Assembly: GCF_963921235.1 (NCBI RefSeq)
Contig: NC_086108.1
Span: forward strand, 93,684,001-93,748,000
Source of the DNA: Mobula hypostoma
Lineage: Eukaryota
Length of the DNA: 64,000 bases
Reading direction: 5' to 3'
This document shows positions 26,141 through 39,055 of this stretch, piece after piece. The position numbers were made by a program, and so were the translations under genes. How positions within the stretch are numbered: position 1 is the first letter of the stretch; every line of letters begins with the position of its first letter. The notes under the pieces are model-generated. The model saw nothing but the letters and a program-made list of their open reading frames with translations. It made no database searches and had not been told where the DNA came from.

Positions 26141-28444
26141 CAAATTATTTGGAAAGTGTAGAATTGAAACAACTCATTAGATAGAGGATACCAACTAACA
26201 AACCAATGAGTTTGAAGAAAAATTTTAAAATATCTGCATAAACATCAGAGCAACTGGTCCCTGTTAAAAAGTTTCTATGTGAGTTTAATTTGAAGGGCCT
26301 AGATAGAGTCAATGCGGAGAAGGTGTTAAAAATAGTGGGAGAGTCTAGGACCAGAGGGCACAGCCTCAGAATACAAGAGTCTCCCTTTAGAGTAGAAATG
26401 ATGGGGAATTTCTCCAGCCCGAGGGTGGGGAATCTGTGGAATTCATTGCCACAGATGGTTTTAGAGGCTTGAGAGGTTCTTGATTAGAAAGGGTGTCGAA
26501 GATTACAGGGAGAAGGCAGGGGGATGGGGTTGAGAGGGATAGTAAATCCACCACGGTGGAATGGCAGAGCAGACATGATGGGCTGAATGGTCTAATTCTG
26601 CTCCCATGTCTTATGGTCTTAACTAAGGTGCTGCATTACATTCCCCTTATGCCTGTCACAACAGGATATGCAGAGTATTATGGAGTACATCACAGCTGAC
26701 AAGTTGATGGCATTTGTTGCTGTTGGCTTGAAACAGAATCAGGTTTATATGTCATGAAATTTGCTGTTTTGTGTTAGCGGTAGAGTGCAGGGCATAAAAA
26801 TCACTGTAACTTACAAAAATCGTGCAAAAGAGGAATAGCGAAGTACAGTTCACGGGTTCATGGAAAATTCAGGAATCTGATGGTGGACAAGAAGAAGCAG
26901 CTCCTGAAATATTGAGCGTGGGTCTTCAGGCTCCTGTACCACCTCCCTGATGGTAGTAATGAGAAGAGGGCATGTCCCAGATAGTGAGCACCCTTAATGA
27001 TGGATGCCACCTCCTTGTGGCCCCGCATTTTGAAGATGTCCTCGATGGTAGGGAGGCTTGTGCCTATGTTGGAGCCGGCTGAGTCTTTAAATGCGATGTT
27101 CTCTTGCTCTTTTTCCCTCTGCCAACGTCCACTGAACCTATAGTTCAGGCTGGGAGGGGTTGGATACTTGCTGAGTAAGCCATCATGCCTCGGTCAAGAG
27201 GCCAGCATCTGTGTATTGAATCTTGGCAGTGAGAGTTGTATCATGGAGTTAAGCCTGATATCCAGATGCATGCAATTACAGCAAGACTCAATAGCACATT
27301 AGTGAGGAGCGAAAGTCTGGCCATGTTCCATCCACCCACTCCCAAAGCAAACAGTGATCCAAAACACCAACACACCCTCTCTGAGCTGAGCTGACAACTC
27401 TGAATCTCCAATGCCATTTAACTCAGATCCCTAACTGAATTCACTAAAACTTCAGCAAAGAGTGCTTAATTTTCGTTCATTATGCACAGTCCATTACAGC
27501 AACAACATTTTTCGTTATCATCAAAACGTGATCATTTAAGAAGTCTGGTGCAGAAGGTCGCTTCAAATAATATACAGGGTTGAAGGGAAGTAACAGGAGT
27601 TACAGAATTCTGATGTCTCACTGATGTGCAGATGTGTAATTAGATCTAATGACGAAGCCTTCAGGCGTGCATTGTCATGGGATTACCAATAACCTTCTAT
27701 CCATTCTGCAATTGTAATTACACTGGAATTCAAAAATATAATTTTCTTGTGATGAGCAAGGTTTCTGGTCAACTGGAAAAGGTGATATTGCTTCAAAAGT
27801 ACAGAACTTTCAATGGAAACAACGGGTTTTATTTCACTAAGTGTGTTTTCTTGAGTGAGAGCAACTATAGGGATAGAGTTCCTTCATGTTTGCCCACTGA
27901 TTCACAAGATAGTCTTGGAAAAAGTAATACCTCAGCATCCAGAAGGAACTGCAATCCCCGTCATGGTTCCTAAATGATTTTATTGGCTCTATCTTTATTC
28001 ATCAAAAATTGTTTTATCAGGCTACCTTCCTGAAATCAGTTCCAAATTATTGTCTTGAACCTTTACTATTGGTTAATTTGGAACTCTGCCCCATGATTGC
28101 GTTTATTTTTAACTGACTTGGATATCTTTCAATTACTTCACTGCAAGGTCTCATGTCCCATTTTTTCCAATTCAGTCCACTTTTGCCCATGTTCTTCTCC
28201 ATGATGTTAACTACGGATTCAACCAACTCATTCTGGGTTTGAATGAAAAACAGTAGTAATGATACCATTCTAAAATCACCTTTTGCTTCAACTTTCTCAT
28301 TCAATCCCATGTTCCATTGTGAAACCCCCATTTTAATGCTAAGTCATAGCCACTTACATGATTTCTGTTTGGGAAGTAGTGGATATTTAGCAGCTCATTG
28401 GACCATATTTAGCCCAGTGGCTGCAAGGAGAGCAGTGGCTCATG

Positions 28445-28480
28445 GTCCTGACGAAGGGTCTTGGCCTGAAACGTCGACTG
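28445..28480 (+). ncRNA. Minimal type I hammerhead ribozyme motif (GUC triplet)
   Basis: Core CUGACGA 28448-28454, helix II agg/cct, GAAA 28468-28471, palindromic ACGU, GUC, helix I gtc/gac. Confidence 0.7.
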
Positions 28481-28577
28481 CGCCTCTTCCTAGAGATGCT
28501 GCCTGGCCTGTTGCGTTCACCAGCAACTTTTATGTGTGTTGCTTGAACTTCTAGCATCTGCAGAATTCCTGTTGTTT
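28445..28577 (+). mobile_element. Penelope-like terminal-repeat fragment starting at the hammerhead, flanked by a ggctcatgg duplication
   Basis: gtcCTGACGAagggtcttggcctGAAAcgtcgactg...gcagaattcctgttgtttg; ggctcatgg at 28437-28445 and 28578-28586. Confidence 0.8.
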
Positions 28578-28743
28578 GGCTCATGGATAGTTCAGTGGAC
28601 CATAAGCACCAGTTGAAGTGTGAAGATTCAACTGGTGCTTATGGTCCACTGAACTATCCATGAGCCAAACTAATAGTCGAATTTTCAGGGTGAATTTAGA
28701 TTTGTGAAGATCTAAAATCTAAATTCACCCTGAAAATTCGACT
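28574..28743. repeat. Two adjacent perfect inverted repeats (44-bp and 29-bp arms)
   Basis: 28574-28617 = rc of 28627-28670; 28675-28703 = rc of 28715-28743. Confidence 0.97.
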
Positions 28744-28747
28744 CGAG

Positions 28748-29295
28748 GTAGTCATTAAGAAGGTATATATTGTGCTGGCCTTCATTAGTTAGGGGATTGA
28801 ATTCAAGAGCCATAAGGTAATGTTGAAGCTCTGTAAAACTCTGATTAGACCACATTTGGAGTATTGTGTTGAGTTCTGGTCGCCTCATTATAGGAAGAAT
28901 GTGGAAGCATTAGAGAGGGTGCAGAGGAGATTTACCAGGATGCTGCCTGGATTAGGAAATGTCTCTTATGGGGAAAGGTTGAGCGTGCTAGGGCTTTATT
29001 CTTTGGAGCAATGGAGGATGAGAGGCTTGATAGAGGTGTATAAAAACATAGGCATAGATAGAGTGGACAGCCAGTGTCTTTTTACCGGGGAGGCAATAGC
29101 TAATGGCAGAGGACTTCCATTTATGATGAGTTGAGGAAAGCTTATGGAGATGACAGAAGTAGGCTGTTTACACACAGAGCTGGGTGCCTGGAATGTGCTG
29201 GGATCAGTACAATAGGGAGCACTCTTAGGCATATGGATGTAGGAATAATGGAGGGCTATAGGTCAGATTGATTGTGGAGTGGGTTTATATAGCTC
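28748..29295 (+). mobile_element. CR1 LINE 3' fragment
   Basis: MLKLCKTLIRPHLEYCVEFWSPHYRKNVEALERVQRRFTRMLPG. Confidence 0.88.
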
Positions 29296-32200
29296 AGCTC
29301 AATATCTACCCTCCTGCTCTTTTCCCTTTGACCTACTCTTCCCAACCTCTGACTTCCTGCTCATGACATCATTAAATCTTTTCCTTTGAAATAATACTTT
29401 CTTTAACATTTTCTGATAGTCACAGCTGAGCCCTTTCCCTATTTGTTTTTTAAACGAGATGTTTATCACTGGCAAACAGTGCACCAGCTCTTTAAATGTT
29501 AATGATTGTTTATTTACTGTCAAACATATAAATGTCATTTCCCCAACTCACTTCGCATACTTTTGTATTTTGTTTTACTCTTTGCCTTCAGAATGAACTG
29601 AGTTACTTTCAATATTTATATTTAAAGGGTCGTCAGAGTCCTGATGAAAGGTCTCAGCTCTAAATGTCAACTATTTAATCCCTTTCATAGATGCTACTCA
29701 GTTCCCCTAACATTTTGTGTGTGTTGCTCAAGAGTTCCAGCTTCTGCAGAAACTCTGGTGTTTAATATATCAAATATTGTTGTTTTTGATCACTGTTCCT
29801 CACAAGGCTTTAATGCCAGATTTCCAATTAACCATCTCTCAGAACATTATACTAGATCTACAGCAAACACAAGAAAATCTGCAGATGCTGGAAATCCAAA
29901 GCAACACACACAAAATGCTGGAGGAACTCAGCAGGCCAGGCAGCATCTGTGGAAAAGAGTAAACAGCCGAGGTTTTGGGTTGAGACCCTTCCTCGGGACT
30001 GGAAAGGAATGGGAGAAGTCAGAGTAAAATTTAAAGTACCCCGTTTCCTTGCTGAATCCTTAACCTCTTTATCCAGAAGCCCGTCTCTTATACACTCCAT
30101 CAGTTTGTCCTTCAAATGTCCTAACCTGCCTCGTTCAGACAACATATAGATTAAAATTTCGGTACTATTTCTTTTCCATGTACCTGTCAATATGTTGTAC
30201 AGTTGCAATGCTTTACAGTGCCAGCGATTAGGGTTCAATTCCCACTGCTGTCTGTAAGAGGCTTGTACTGCACATTCTCCCTGTGATCGTATGGATTTCC
30301 TCCAGGTGATCTGGTTTCCTCCCACATTCCAAAGATGTGCAGGTTAGGGTTAGTAAGTTGCGGACATGCTATACTGGTGCCCAAACATGCTTCACCCAGC
30401 ACATTCTCGGACTCATTAGGGGTTATAAAACCCTAACCCTAATGTGTTAGTCATTGACACAACCAGCACATTCACTGAATGTGTAGAGGTACGTGACAAA
30501 TAAAGTTAATCTAAATGTAAATCTCATTTGTATCATGTTCTACAACACGATTACTGTGCAGAGACTTGCCATCAACCCTTACCAGTGTTTCCTGACCCCT
30601 GTAGCTACCCAGCTCCATCTGCTGATCCAACACTGCAATGTGTTGACGCAGGATCCCTGCGGATTGATGTTATCTCTTACTAATAGTGCCACCACTAGCC
30701 CCCATCCCCACGCCACTCCACATCCTCTCCTCTTCTCACCTACCCTTCCCAAATGTTAACTACCTTGGAATATTTAGTTCCCATCTTTGGACACCATGCT
30801 ACAGAATTTCTGTAATGGAAGTTAGATCATACTCATTTAAACTATTCTTGCATCCACTTTGTTGCATATACAGCATGCATTTATATTAAAGTGTCTTTAA
30901 ATTTGTCTTTTGACATGTTTCTCTACTCTGCCCTTACTTGCCTTTGTTTCCGTGACCCTCTTTATTTTGCTTAGCACATTTCCAATTTCAGCTTCCTGTT
31001 TTGTTTCTCTCTCTCCCGACTCTCCTATCGCTTCCCTTTTCCCCGTCAAGCTGCCTTAAACACTCCCAAAAAGCACCAGCAAGTCCCTTCACCCGCAGCC
31101 TGCTGTTCCACCCCACCAGGATATTGGTCCATTTCTGCTGGGGTGTAACCTGTCCAGCTTGTACCCAGCCCAGCTGTCCCAGTTCATTGGTAAATTAATC
31201 CATTATTAATCCATTACTGAGGTACAGTGTAAAACCTGTCATGTATACAAGTCTTGATGAAGGGTTTCAGTCTGAAATGTCAACTGTTTATTCCTCTCAA
31301 AAGACACTGCCTGACCTGCTGAGTTCCTCCAGCATTTTGTGTATGTTGCTCTCAATTCATTGCAAAAGTGCATTGAGGTAGTACAAGGTAAATCAATGAC
31401 AGAGTGCAGAATGAAGTGTCACAGTACAGAGAAAGTGCAGTGCAGGCAGACAATAAGATGCAAGCTCATAATGATGTAGATTGTGAGGTCAAGCATCCAT
31501 CTTATTTACTAGGGAACCGTTCAGAAGTGCTATAACTGCAGGATAGAAGCTGCCCTTGGGCCTGGTGGCACATAACTTCAGGTTTTTGTATCTTCTGCCG
31601 CATGGGAGGAGGGGAGAAGAGAGGATATTTGGGGTGGGACGGTTTTTTGATTGTACTGGCTGCCTTACTGAGGCAGCAAGAAGTATAGACAGAGTCCTTG
31701 GAGGAGAGTCTGATTTCCATGATGCTGGTCACCAAGTGTCACATCGGCAGCATCCCTCCAGCCACGTTCTCATGTGGTCTCTCTTGCTGTTTCTGAAGGT
31801 GTTGCCATGTGTACTGGGAGCAGTCCTGAATTTCCTAGTTCTCTAAATTCCCAAGTTCCCTAGTTCCCTAGTTCCATGGTCCTAGTTCCTTAAATTCAAC
31901 AACCACATTGTGTAGATATGATAGTACATTGTACTGGAGAGAGTGCGGAGGAGATCGACCTGAATGTGCCCTGATTGAAGGACTTTAGTTATGGGGAAGG
32001 ATGAGACAGGCTGGATTTGTTTTCCTGGATTGAAGGAAGCTGATGGATGACCTGTTTGTTTGTTATGTGCAATGTCGTATGACGTAGGCAATCATGGTCT
32101 TTCCGTGACATGATTGTTCTTGGCAAATTTTTCTACAGAAGTGCCTTCTTCTGGGCAGTGCATATACAAGACAGGTGACCCCAGCCATTATCAATACACT

Positions 32201-32333
32201 TCAGAGATTGTCTGCCTGGCGTCAGCGGTTGTATAACCAGGACTTGTGACGTACACCGGCTGCTCATACGTCCATCCACCGCCTGCTCCCATGGCTTCAC
32301 GCGACCCTGATGAGGGGGGAAAAGCAGGTGCTA

Positions 32334-32344
32334 GATATGGTAAA

Positions 32345-32377
<33 letters not shown>

Positions 32378-32597
32378 TTGTAACTGGGTTACTTGTCTGG
32401 ACACGCCCAGACACGCCCCTTTGCTGACTACTCCTTCGGCTCCTCCCACAGACCCCTGAATAAAGGCGATCGTGTCACTGCTCCTCCCTCAGTCCAGGAC
32501 AGATACTCAGCATGGACGTGGGTCCATTTTACTGTTAATAAAAGCCTTTCAGTATTTACTCTACTTCCAGTCTTTTGGAGTAATGGATAGTGCATCA
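32334..32597 (+). mobile_element. Probable solo LTR containing a (TA)n tract, inserted in the SINE-like repeat
   Basis: Interrupts aggtgcta|caccttgcc, which is contiguous in the 20.4-kb copy; contains AATAAA; ends ..gtgcatCA. Confidence 0.6.
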
Positions 32598-34652
32598 CCT
32601 CACCTTGCCGAGGGGTGACCTGCAGGCCAGCAGAGGGAAGGAGTGTCTTAAACCTCCTTTGGTAGAGACCTTCACTATCTCCACCCTGCCCCCCAAGGTG
32701 ACCTGGTAGAAATATAAAAAATGATATGAGGCATAGGTCAGGAGGATGGTCAATCTCTTTCCCATGCTAAAGGTATCAAAAACAAAAGGGTGTGGGTTTA
32801 AGATGTGAGGAAGGTGTTTAAAGGAGATTTCAGGGGAGGAGCACAGCTAAGCTTCTTGGTCAGCAGGGAGGAGTTGGGCCAAAGGGCCTTTTTCTGTCCT
32901 GTATGACTATATGACTCTACATAGCACAGAATGTAAAAGAAAATCCATCCAGGCAGGAGCCAGGGGGAGTCTAATAAGTTTTCAAAATGTCTTTAGAAAT
33001 CAGCATGGTGGTGGAGTTAAAAAATGTGGACTGTCACTGGACCACCACAACCTCTCCTACCAATGGTGGAGTCAAGGGAGAAGGAAATGGACATGAAATG
33101 ACAGTTGTATACAAAAGTATGAGGGGGTATAGATAGGGTAAATACAAGCAGGCTTTTTCTCACTGAGGTTGGGTGGGACTAGAACTAGAGGTCATGGGTT
33201 AAGGGTGAAAGGTGAAATGTTTGAGGGGAACCTGAGGAAGACGTCTTCACTCAGAGGGAGATGCGAGTATGGAACAAGCTGACAGTGGAAGTGGTGTGTG
33301 TAGGTTCGATTTCAAAGTTCAAAGTAAATTTATTATGAAAGTACATATATGTCACCATATGTCACCCTGAGATTTGTTTTCTTGTGGGCATTCACAGTAG
33401 ATACAAATAAGCACAATAGAGTCAATGAAAGGCTGCGCACATACCAAGACAAACTGTGCAATTACTAAATAATAAATAGGTAGTACTGAGAACATGAGTT
33501 GTAGAGTCTTTGAAAGTGAGTCCGTAGCTTGTGGAATAGTTCATTGTTGAGGTGAGTGAAGCTATCCAGGCTGGTTCAGGAACCTGATGGTTGAAGGGTA
33601 ATAACTGTTCCTGACTCTGATGGTGTAGGACCTTTGCCTCCTGTATCTCCTTCCCGAGGGCAGCAGCATGAAGAGAGCATGGCCTGGATGGTGGGGGTCC
33701 TAGATGATAGATGCTGCTTCCTTGTAGATGTGCTCATCGATGGGGAGGGATTTGCCTATGAGGGACTGGGTTGTATCCATCAGTTTTTGTAGGCTTTTCC
33801 ATTCATTGGCATTGGTGTTTCCATACCAGACCATGATGCAACCGGTTATGATGCTCGCCGCTGTGCACCTACTGTATAGAAGTTTGTCAAAGTTTTAGAT
33901 GACATGCCAAATCTTCTAAGGAATCTTCACAGACTTCAAAGATAGTAGAAGTGCTGATGTGCCTTTTTTCACATACCGGTCCCAGGACAGATCACCTGAA
34001 ATGATAACGCCGAGAGGTGACCCTCTCCACCTCTGACCCCCCAGTGAGGACTGGCTCAGGCATCTCCGGTTTCCTCCTCCTGAGGTCAATAATCAGCTCT
34101 TTGGTTGTGCTGACATTGATTGAGAGATTCTTGTGACAACACTCAACCAGATTTTCAATTCCCCCCATCTGCTGATTTGTCACCACCTTTGATTCGGCCA
34201 ACAACGGTCCTGTCATCAGCAAACTTGAATATGACATTGGAGATGAACATTGCCTTTAAGAGAAAACATTTAAGCTTCAATTGTTAAGAGAAATTTGGAT
34301 AAGTACATGGATGGGAGGTGTATGGAGGGCTATGGTCCAGGTGCAGGTTGATGGGAGTAAGCAGAATAACGGTTCAGCACAGATGATGGGCTGAGTGGCC
34401 TATTTCTGTGTTACAGTGCTCTGAGACACTAAATGAAGGAATTATGCAGAGAGCAGGGTGTGGAAATAGAGATGGTGTTGCAGCCAGAGTACAACAAGTC
34501 TGAGTGGTTTATACACCGGGAACACTTTTGTGAGCAGCAACCACCTTTGGTTTACATTGCTCAATAAGATAATACTTTGTAAATAGAGCCATCTTATTTC
34601 CAGTGCTTTGTGCAAAGGTTTAAATATTGTCTTCATTTCTGAATGCAATTAG

Positions 34653-34933
34653 CAGCCAAGGGGCAGTCCCAGAACAGCCAAGCTGTGGAGAACACCCGGA
34701 ACGCTGCATCCACTTCCGAGGTGAACGCAAGCGGGCAGCCGGCAGCGGAGAGCTTGGATCCAGCCCCCGCCGAGGAGCCGTCCGACCCCACCGGCCAGCC
34801 GCCAGCACCAGGGAGAGATGGCAAGGGCTCCAGGCAAATCAAAGGCACAGACCTTCTAAAGCAGCAGTTCAAGGCATTGTTCATCAAAAGGTTGAACCAT
34901 GCTACCCGCAGTCAGAAGGATTTCGTGGCACAG
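34653..34933 (+). CDS. ABCA4: ABCA4 exon ~27, 281 nt (278 nt if the distal NAGNAG acceptor is used)
   Basis: aattag|cag| acceptor, CAG|gtagag donor; ...GRDGKGSRQIKGTDLLKQQFKALFIKRLNHATRSQKDFVAQ; the 5' boundary is less certain. Confidence 0.88.
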
Positions 34934-35629
34934 GTAGAGTGAAACATGTCAGGCCTCCCTGACTTAAGTTGTCTTTTGATTAATATTTATTCATACCTGG
35001 ACATAGCATTGAACAGAGGAGTGGGAATGAACAAACCAACACTGAAGGAGCTTCCAACTGCACAACAAAGTGTTTTAGACCATAAGACCATAAGATATAG
35101 GTGCAGAATTAGGCCATTTGGCCCATCTATTCTGTTCTGCCATTTCATTATGGCTGATCCATTTTCCTTCTCAGCTCCAATCTCCTGGCTTCTCCCTATA
35201 ACCCTTCATGCCCCGACTGATCAAGAATCTATCAACTTCTGCCTTAAGTATATCCAATGGCTTGGCCTCCACAGCCTAGGGGAGGAAAAAGCATTTAATG
35301 ATTTGGACCAAGATCTTGCTCAAGCATCTGCACAATCTCGTGCTGTTTATTTTATTGTACGTTCCCACTTCCTCCTCTCCCAACAAAACTTTGTGAAATC
35401 TGAGCATTAAAAGATGCCATCAAAAGCACCATATGACATACAGTATAAACACTGCCAGTCCTGACCCTGTCGCCTCTACCAACCCACGCTGTTTCTGATG
35501 ACACATTCATCTTTCATCAGAAATTCTGCGTTATACTCCAGCGTGAGAAGCTTCTTTCACCACCCCAGCTCCAGCTTGAGCTGGCAGAGATCACTTGACT
35601 GGTTACAGAGCAAACATCAAACCTGTAGT

Positions 35630-35631
35630 TT

Positions 35632-35664
<33 letters not shown>

Positions 35665-35678
35665 TCCATCCATCCATC
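35630..35678. repeat. (TG)n microsatellite followed by (TCCA)n
   Basis: Direct reading. Confidence 0.95.
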
Positions 35679-36690
35679 CAGGCACGTGTGCACTTCCCTC
35701 TCACACTGTGCAATGTTCCTACAGGCAACCAGAAATAGAAATAACTCAATTTTAATCTTAAGATCCAATCATTAATAAACCTTGTCAAGACAAACCATTG
35801 CTCTGGCCAGTTCTTCCTCCACATTTGTTTTTGCAGCTGTTAATCTGTACTGAATTATGTTCATTTTCTTGTTCAGCCACCGAACAAGAAAATGAGCATA
35901 ATTCAGTCCTGATTAATAGCTTCATCTTCAAAGTGAAAGGATTGTGTCTATATACCCCTTTCTAGAGGCAATCAGTTTCTGATAAAGGTCGATATTCACT
36001 CACAGATCCCCAAATTATCTAGCTGTTGCTGCATCTAAATGTATGTGCAATGTGCCTTCTTTAGTTTGACTGCAGCCAGTATATTGTGAATTGATTTTGA
36101 CCAAGGGGTTCTGGGATCAACACAGAAATCAATGCTGACACGATAATAGAATACTGGGGTGTGCTGTCTCTCAAATGATCCAGGTTTGAGGAGGAGCAGC
36201 ATGATTATGCCAAGTGTCTTGGCCAATATTTGTCCTTTCCAAGTAACATCATGAAAACAGGTCATTATTACACAGTTTTTTCTGGGATTGCATCGTGCAA
36301 ACTGCCACCTTTCCTACATTAAGAATGTCAGGGTTATATAAATACAAGTTTTATTTTAAACCATTAGGAAATTCTCAGATTTGGCAGAGTGTTTGGAACT
36401 GCTCCCAAGCCATGACAATGATCCTTCAGAGACATGTGGATCAGTGCTGTTTCAGTGGTGGGGCTCTGTTGCTTTTGGAGTAACTACAATGAGCCTCAGA
36501 AAGTGAACAAATAATCGTGCTTCCCACACTCATATCTGGATATTTATGTACATATTATAATCATTTTTAAATCTTGACAACTTGTGAAAGTGGAGGGCAG
36601 ATTCAGGACTATAAAATTACAGCTGTGTTATTGCTGACTCTCAGGTATAAAACCCATCCTGCACAAATTAAACTTCTTTCTTTTTAACAG

Positions 36691-36815
36691 TTTCTCCTTC
36701 CTGCCAGCTTTGTGCTTTTGGCTCTTTTCTTCTCTCTTATAATCCCTCCATTTGGAGAGTATAAAAGTTTAACGATCCATCCATGGATGTACGGTAAACA
36801 ATACACCTTCTTCAG
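36691..36815 (+). CDS. ABCA4: ABCA4 exon ~28, 125 nt (TM7)
   Basis: tttaacag|TTT...AG|gtacgt; [41 protein letters not shown](S). Confidence 0.95.
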
Positions 36816-38504
36816 GTACGTCAGCTGCTTTTGACAATTTCACATTGTAATATTCTTCTGTTGAAATGATTGGTTGGTTGTCCATTGATGACAGTGAAAC
36901 CAGTGCAAGAGAGTCTTCAGAGTGGAAAGGCCATTGTACTGGAGCAGTTCCACTCTCTTGACCTCGGAACCTCAGCTCCAGTGGTGTAAGAAGTCATCAC
37001 AATTGGGGTCTTCCTTGGTCGCAATGGATGGCCATGACCTCCTTTGAACCTTATCATGCCCTTCACTCTCCACAAAGCATTGCAGAACCCAGAACTGCCT
37101 TCCTGGACATTGCATCTCACTGTTGATCTCATCTGACAATGTGCCTGGGTTGACTTTGCATGCTGGGAAAAGCATGTTCCTAACTCTTTGGGGTATGAGG
37201 CCCTCCGGCTACCCTCACCGAGTTTAGCCCCCCTGCCAAAGTGGTGCAGAGGAATGTGGCTGCTGTAACATATGAACAGCTGGAGCTGCAGGTGAGAGCT
37301 GAGTGTCCGGAGGGAACTGCCCAGAATGGACATGACAAGCCCCTTCACCAGAGGTGCTACCCCTCTCTCGACTCCTTAGTCTGTTGGAGTATAATATATA
37401 TTATTGTATTGTTTGCTATACTACACAATATGCAATAATGAGTACTAGCTATCAGTATTATGCACAGTTTAATTTATATAAAATTGTCAGATTTGTTTGT
37501 TTAATTTATATGACAGTTTGGCTTGATAGTGGTTCCCTTGCTCGAGATAGACCGTGTTGCATTCATGGCCTTCCAGTATTTGAAAGCAGCACCTGAGGAA
37601 GGCTGAGAAGATGTCCTGCATCTCTATTGTCCTATCTGATATTTAAGACACTTGGCCATTGTTCACTGCAGGCCCAACACTTCCAAACCACATTATCTGG
37701 ATCTCTTCTTCTACTGTTTGTGGAAACTTGTAATACTTTTTTGTTTATTTTTTATTTTTATTGGGAGATACAGCATAGTTACAGGCCCTTCCGGCCTAAT
37801 GAGCCTGCCCCGTCCATCAGCACCCAGATTACCAAGTTACCTACTTTGGAATGTGGGGGGAAGCGCACGCGCTCATGGGAGAGAGTGTAATACTCCTTAC
37901 AGGCAGTAATGGAATTGAACCTGGTTGTTGGCAATACAGTAGCATTATGTTAACCATTATGCCATGTGAATTACCACAAAAGCTATAGCTGGGAACACAC
38001 TTTACAACCTACGAAGCTCTAGGGAAACCCTGACGCTGTGGATGAAGCTGTACAAATGCAAGTCTTATTGGGTGGTGGGTTGGAGATACTGAATGTTTCT
38101 ACCAAAGGAGGTCTAAGGGGCTCCTTCTCTCCGCTAGCCTGTAGGTCAGCTTTGGGCAGTGTGTAGCACCTGCTTAGCCCCCTCCCCAGCTTGATCAGGG
38201 TCACATGAAGCAATGGAAGCAGGAGGTGGATGGTTGTATGTGCCCCTGGTACATATCACTTCCTGGATATGTGACCATCGATGTCAGGCAGACAGTCTCT
38301 GAAGAGTATTGACAATGGCTGGGGTCACCCGTCTTGTAAAGACACTGCCCAGAAGAAGGCAATGGCAAGCCATTTCAGCAGAAAAATTTGCCAAGAACAT
38401 TCATAGTCATGTGACCATGATTACCCACGTCACAGGACACGGCGCATAGTGATGATGTCATACGACATGGCACATGATGATTTCTGCAGCACCACTATCT
38501 GTCC

Positions 38505-39055
38505 TCTCATCATCATCATCGGGTGCCGTGCCCAGTTTGAGCTTTGACTGCCATGGCCCACACACTCCTGTTTCAGGTCAAGTGGATCAATTCATTGGTA
38601 TTCATTTCCAGTTCTCTGGCTGCTGTCTCCATCATCATTTGTCTTTGTCATCCTCTTGCTTTCTTCCCTTCAATCTTTCCCATAATTACTGTGCATTCTA
38701 ACACCTCTTTCCTAATCACATGTCCAATGAAGTTATGTTGCCTTTTCATGATCTCATACATTATTTCTCTTTTTGTGTTTGCTCTGTTCATGACATCCTC
38801 GTTAGATATTCATTTCATCCATGATATTTTTTGCATCCTCCTCAAAAACCACATCTCTGCTGCTACAATTCATTTCCTCATGTTACTAGATATTGTCCAA
38901 CATTCTGAGCCATATAACATAACTGGATAGACGTAACATTTCAGTACTCTGAGGCGGGTTGTCATGCCTAGTTTAGTATTGGTCAGTATACTCTTCATTC
39001 TCTTAAAGGTGTCTTTTGCCATCCCTATTCTTCTTTTGATGTCCAAGTCGCACCC
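38505..39055 (-). mobile_element. RTE-clade LINE 3' fragment with (GAT)n tail
   Basis: rc reads DLDIKRRIGMAKDTFKRMKSILTN..LKCYVYPVMLYGSECWTIS..AAEMWFLRRMQKISW. Confidence 0.85.

Noticed and set aside
28574..28743. Hairpins as a conserved microRNA cluster or CRISPR-like array
   Set aside because: The stems are perfect copies of local flanks, including a transposon end, which fits a recent templated insertion; there is no repeat-spacer periodicity.
31830..31890. Short (ttccctag)-like tandem repeat
   Set aside because: Ordinary degenerate minisatellite with no further structure.
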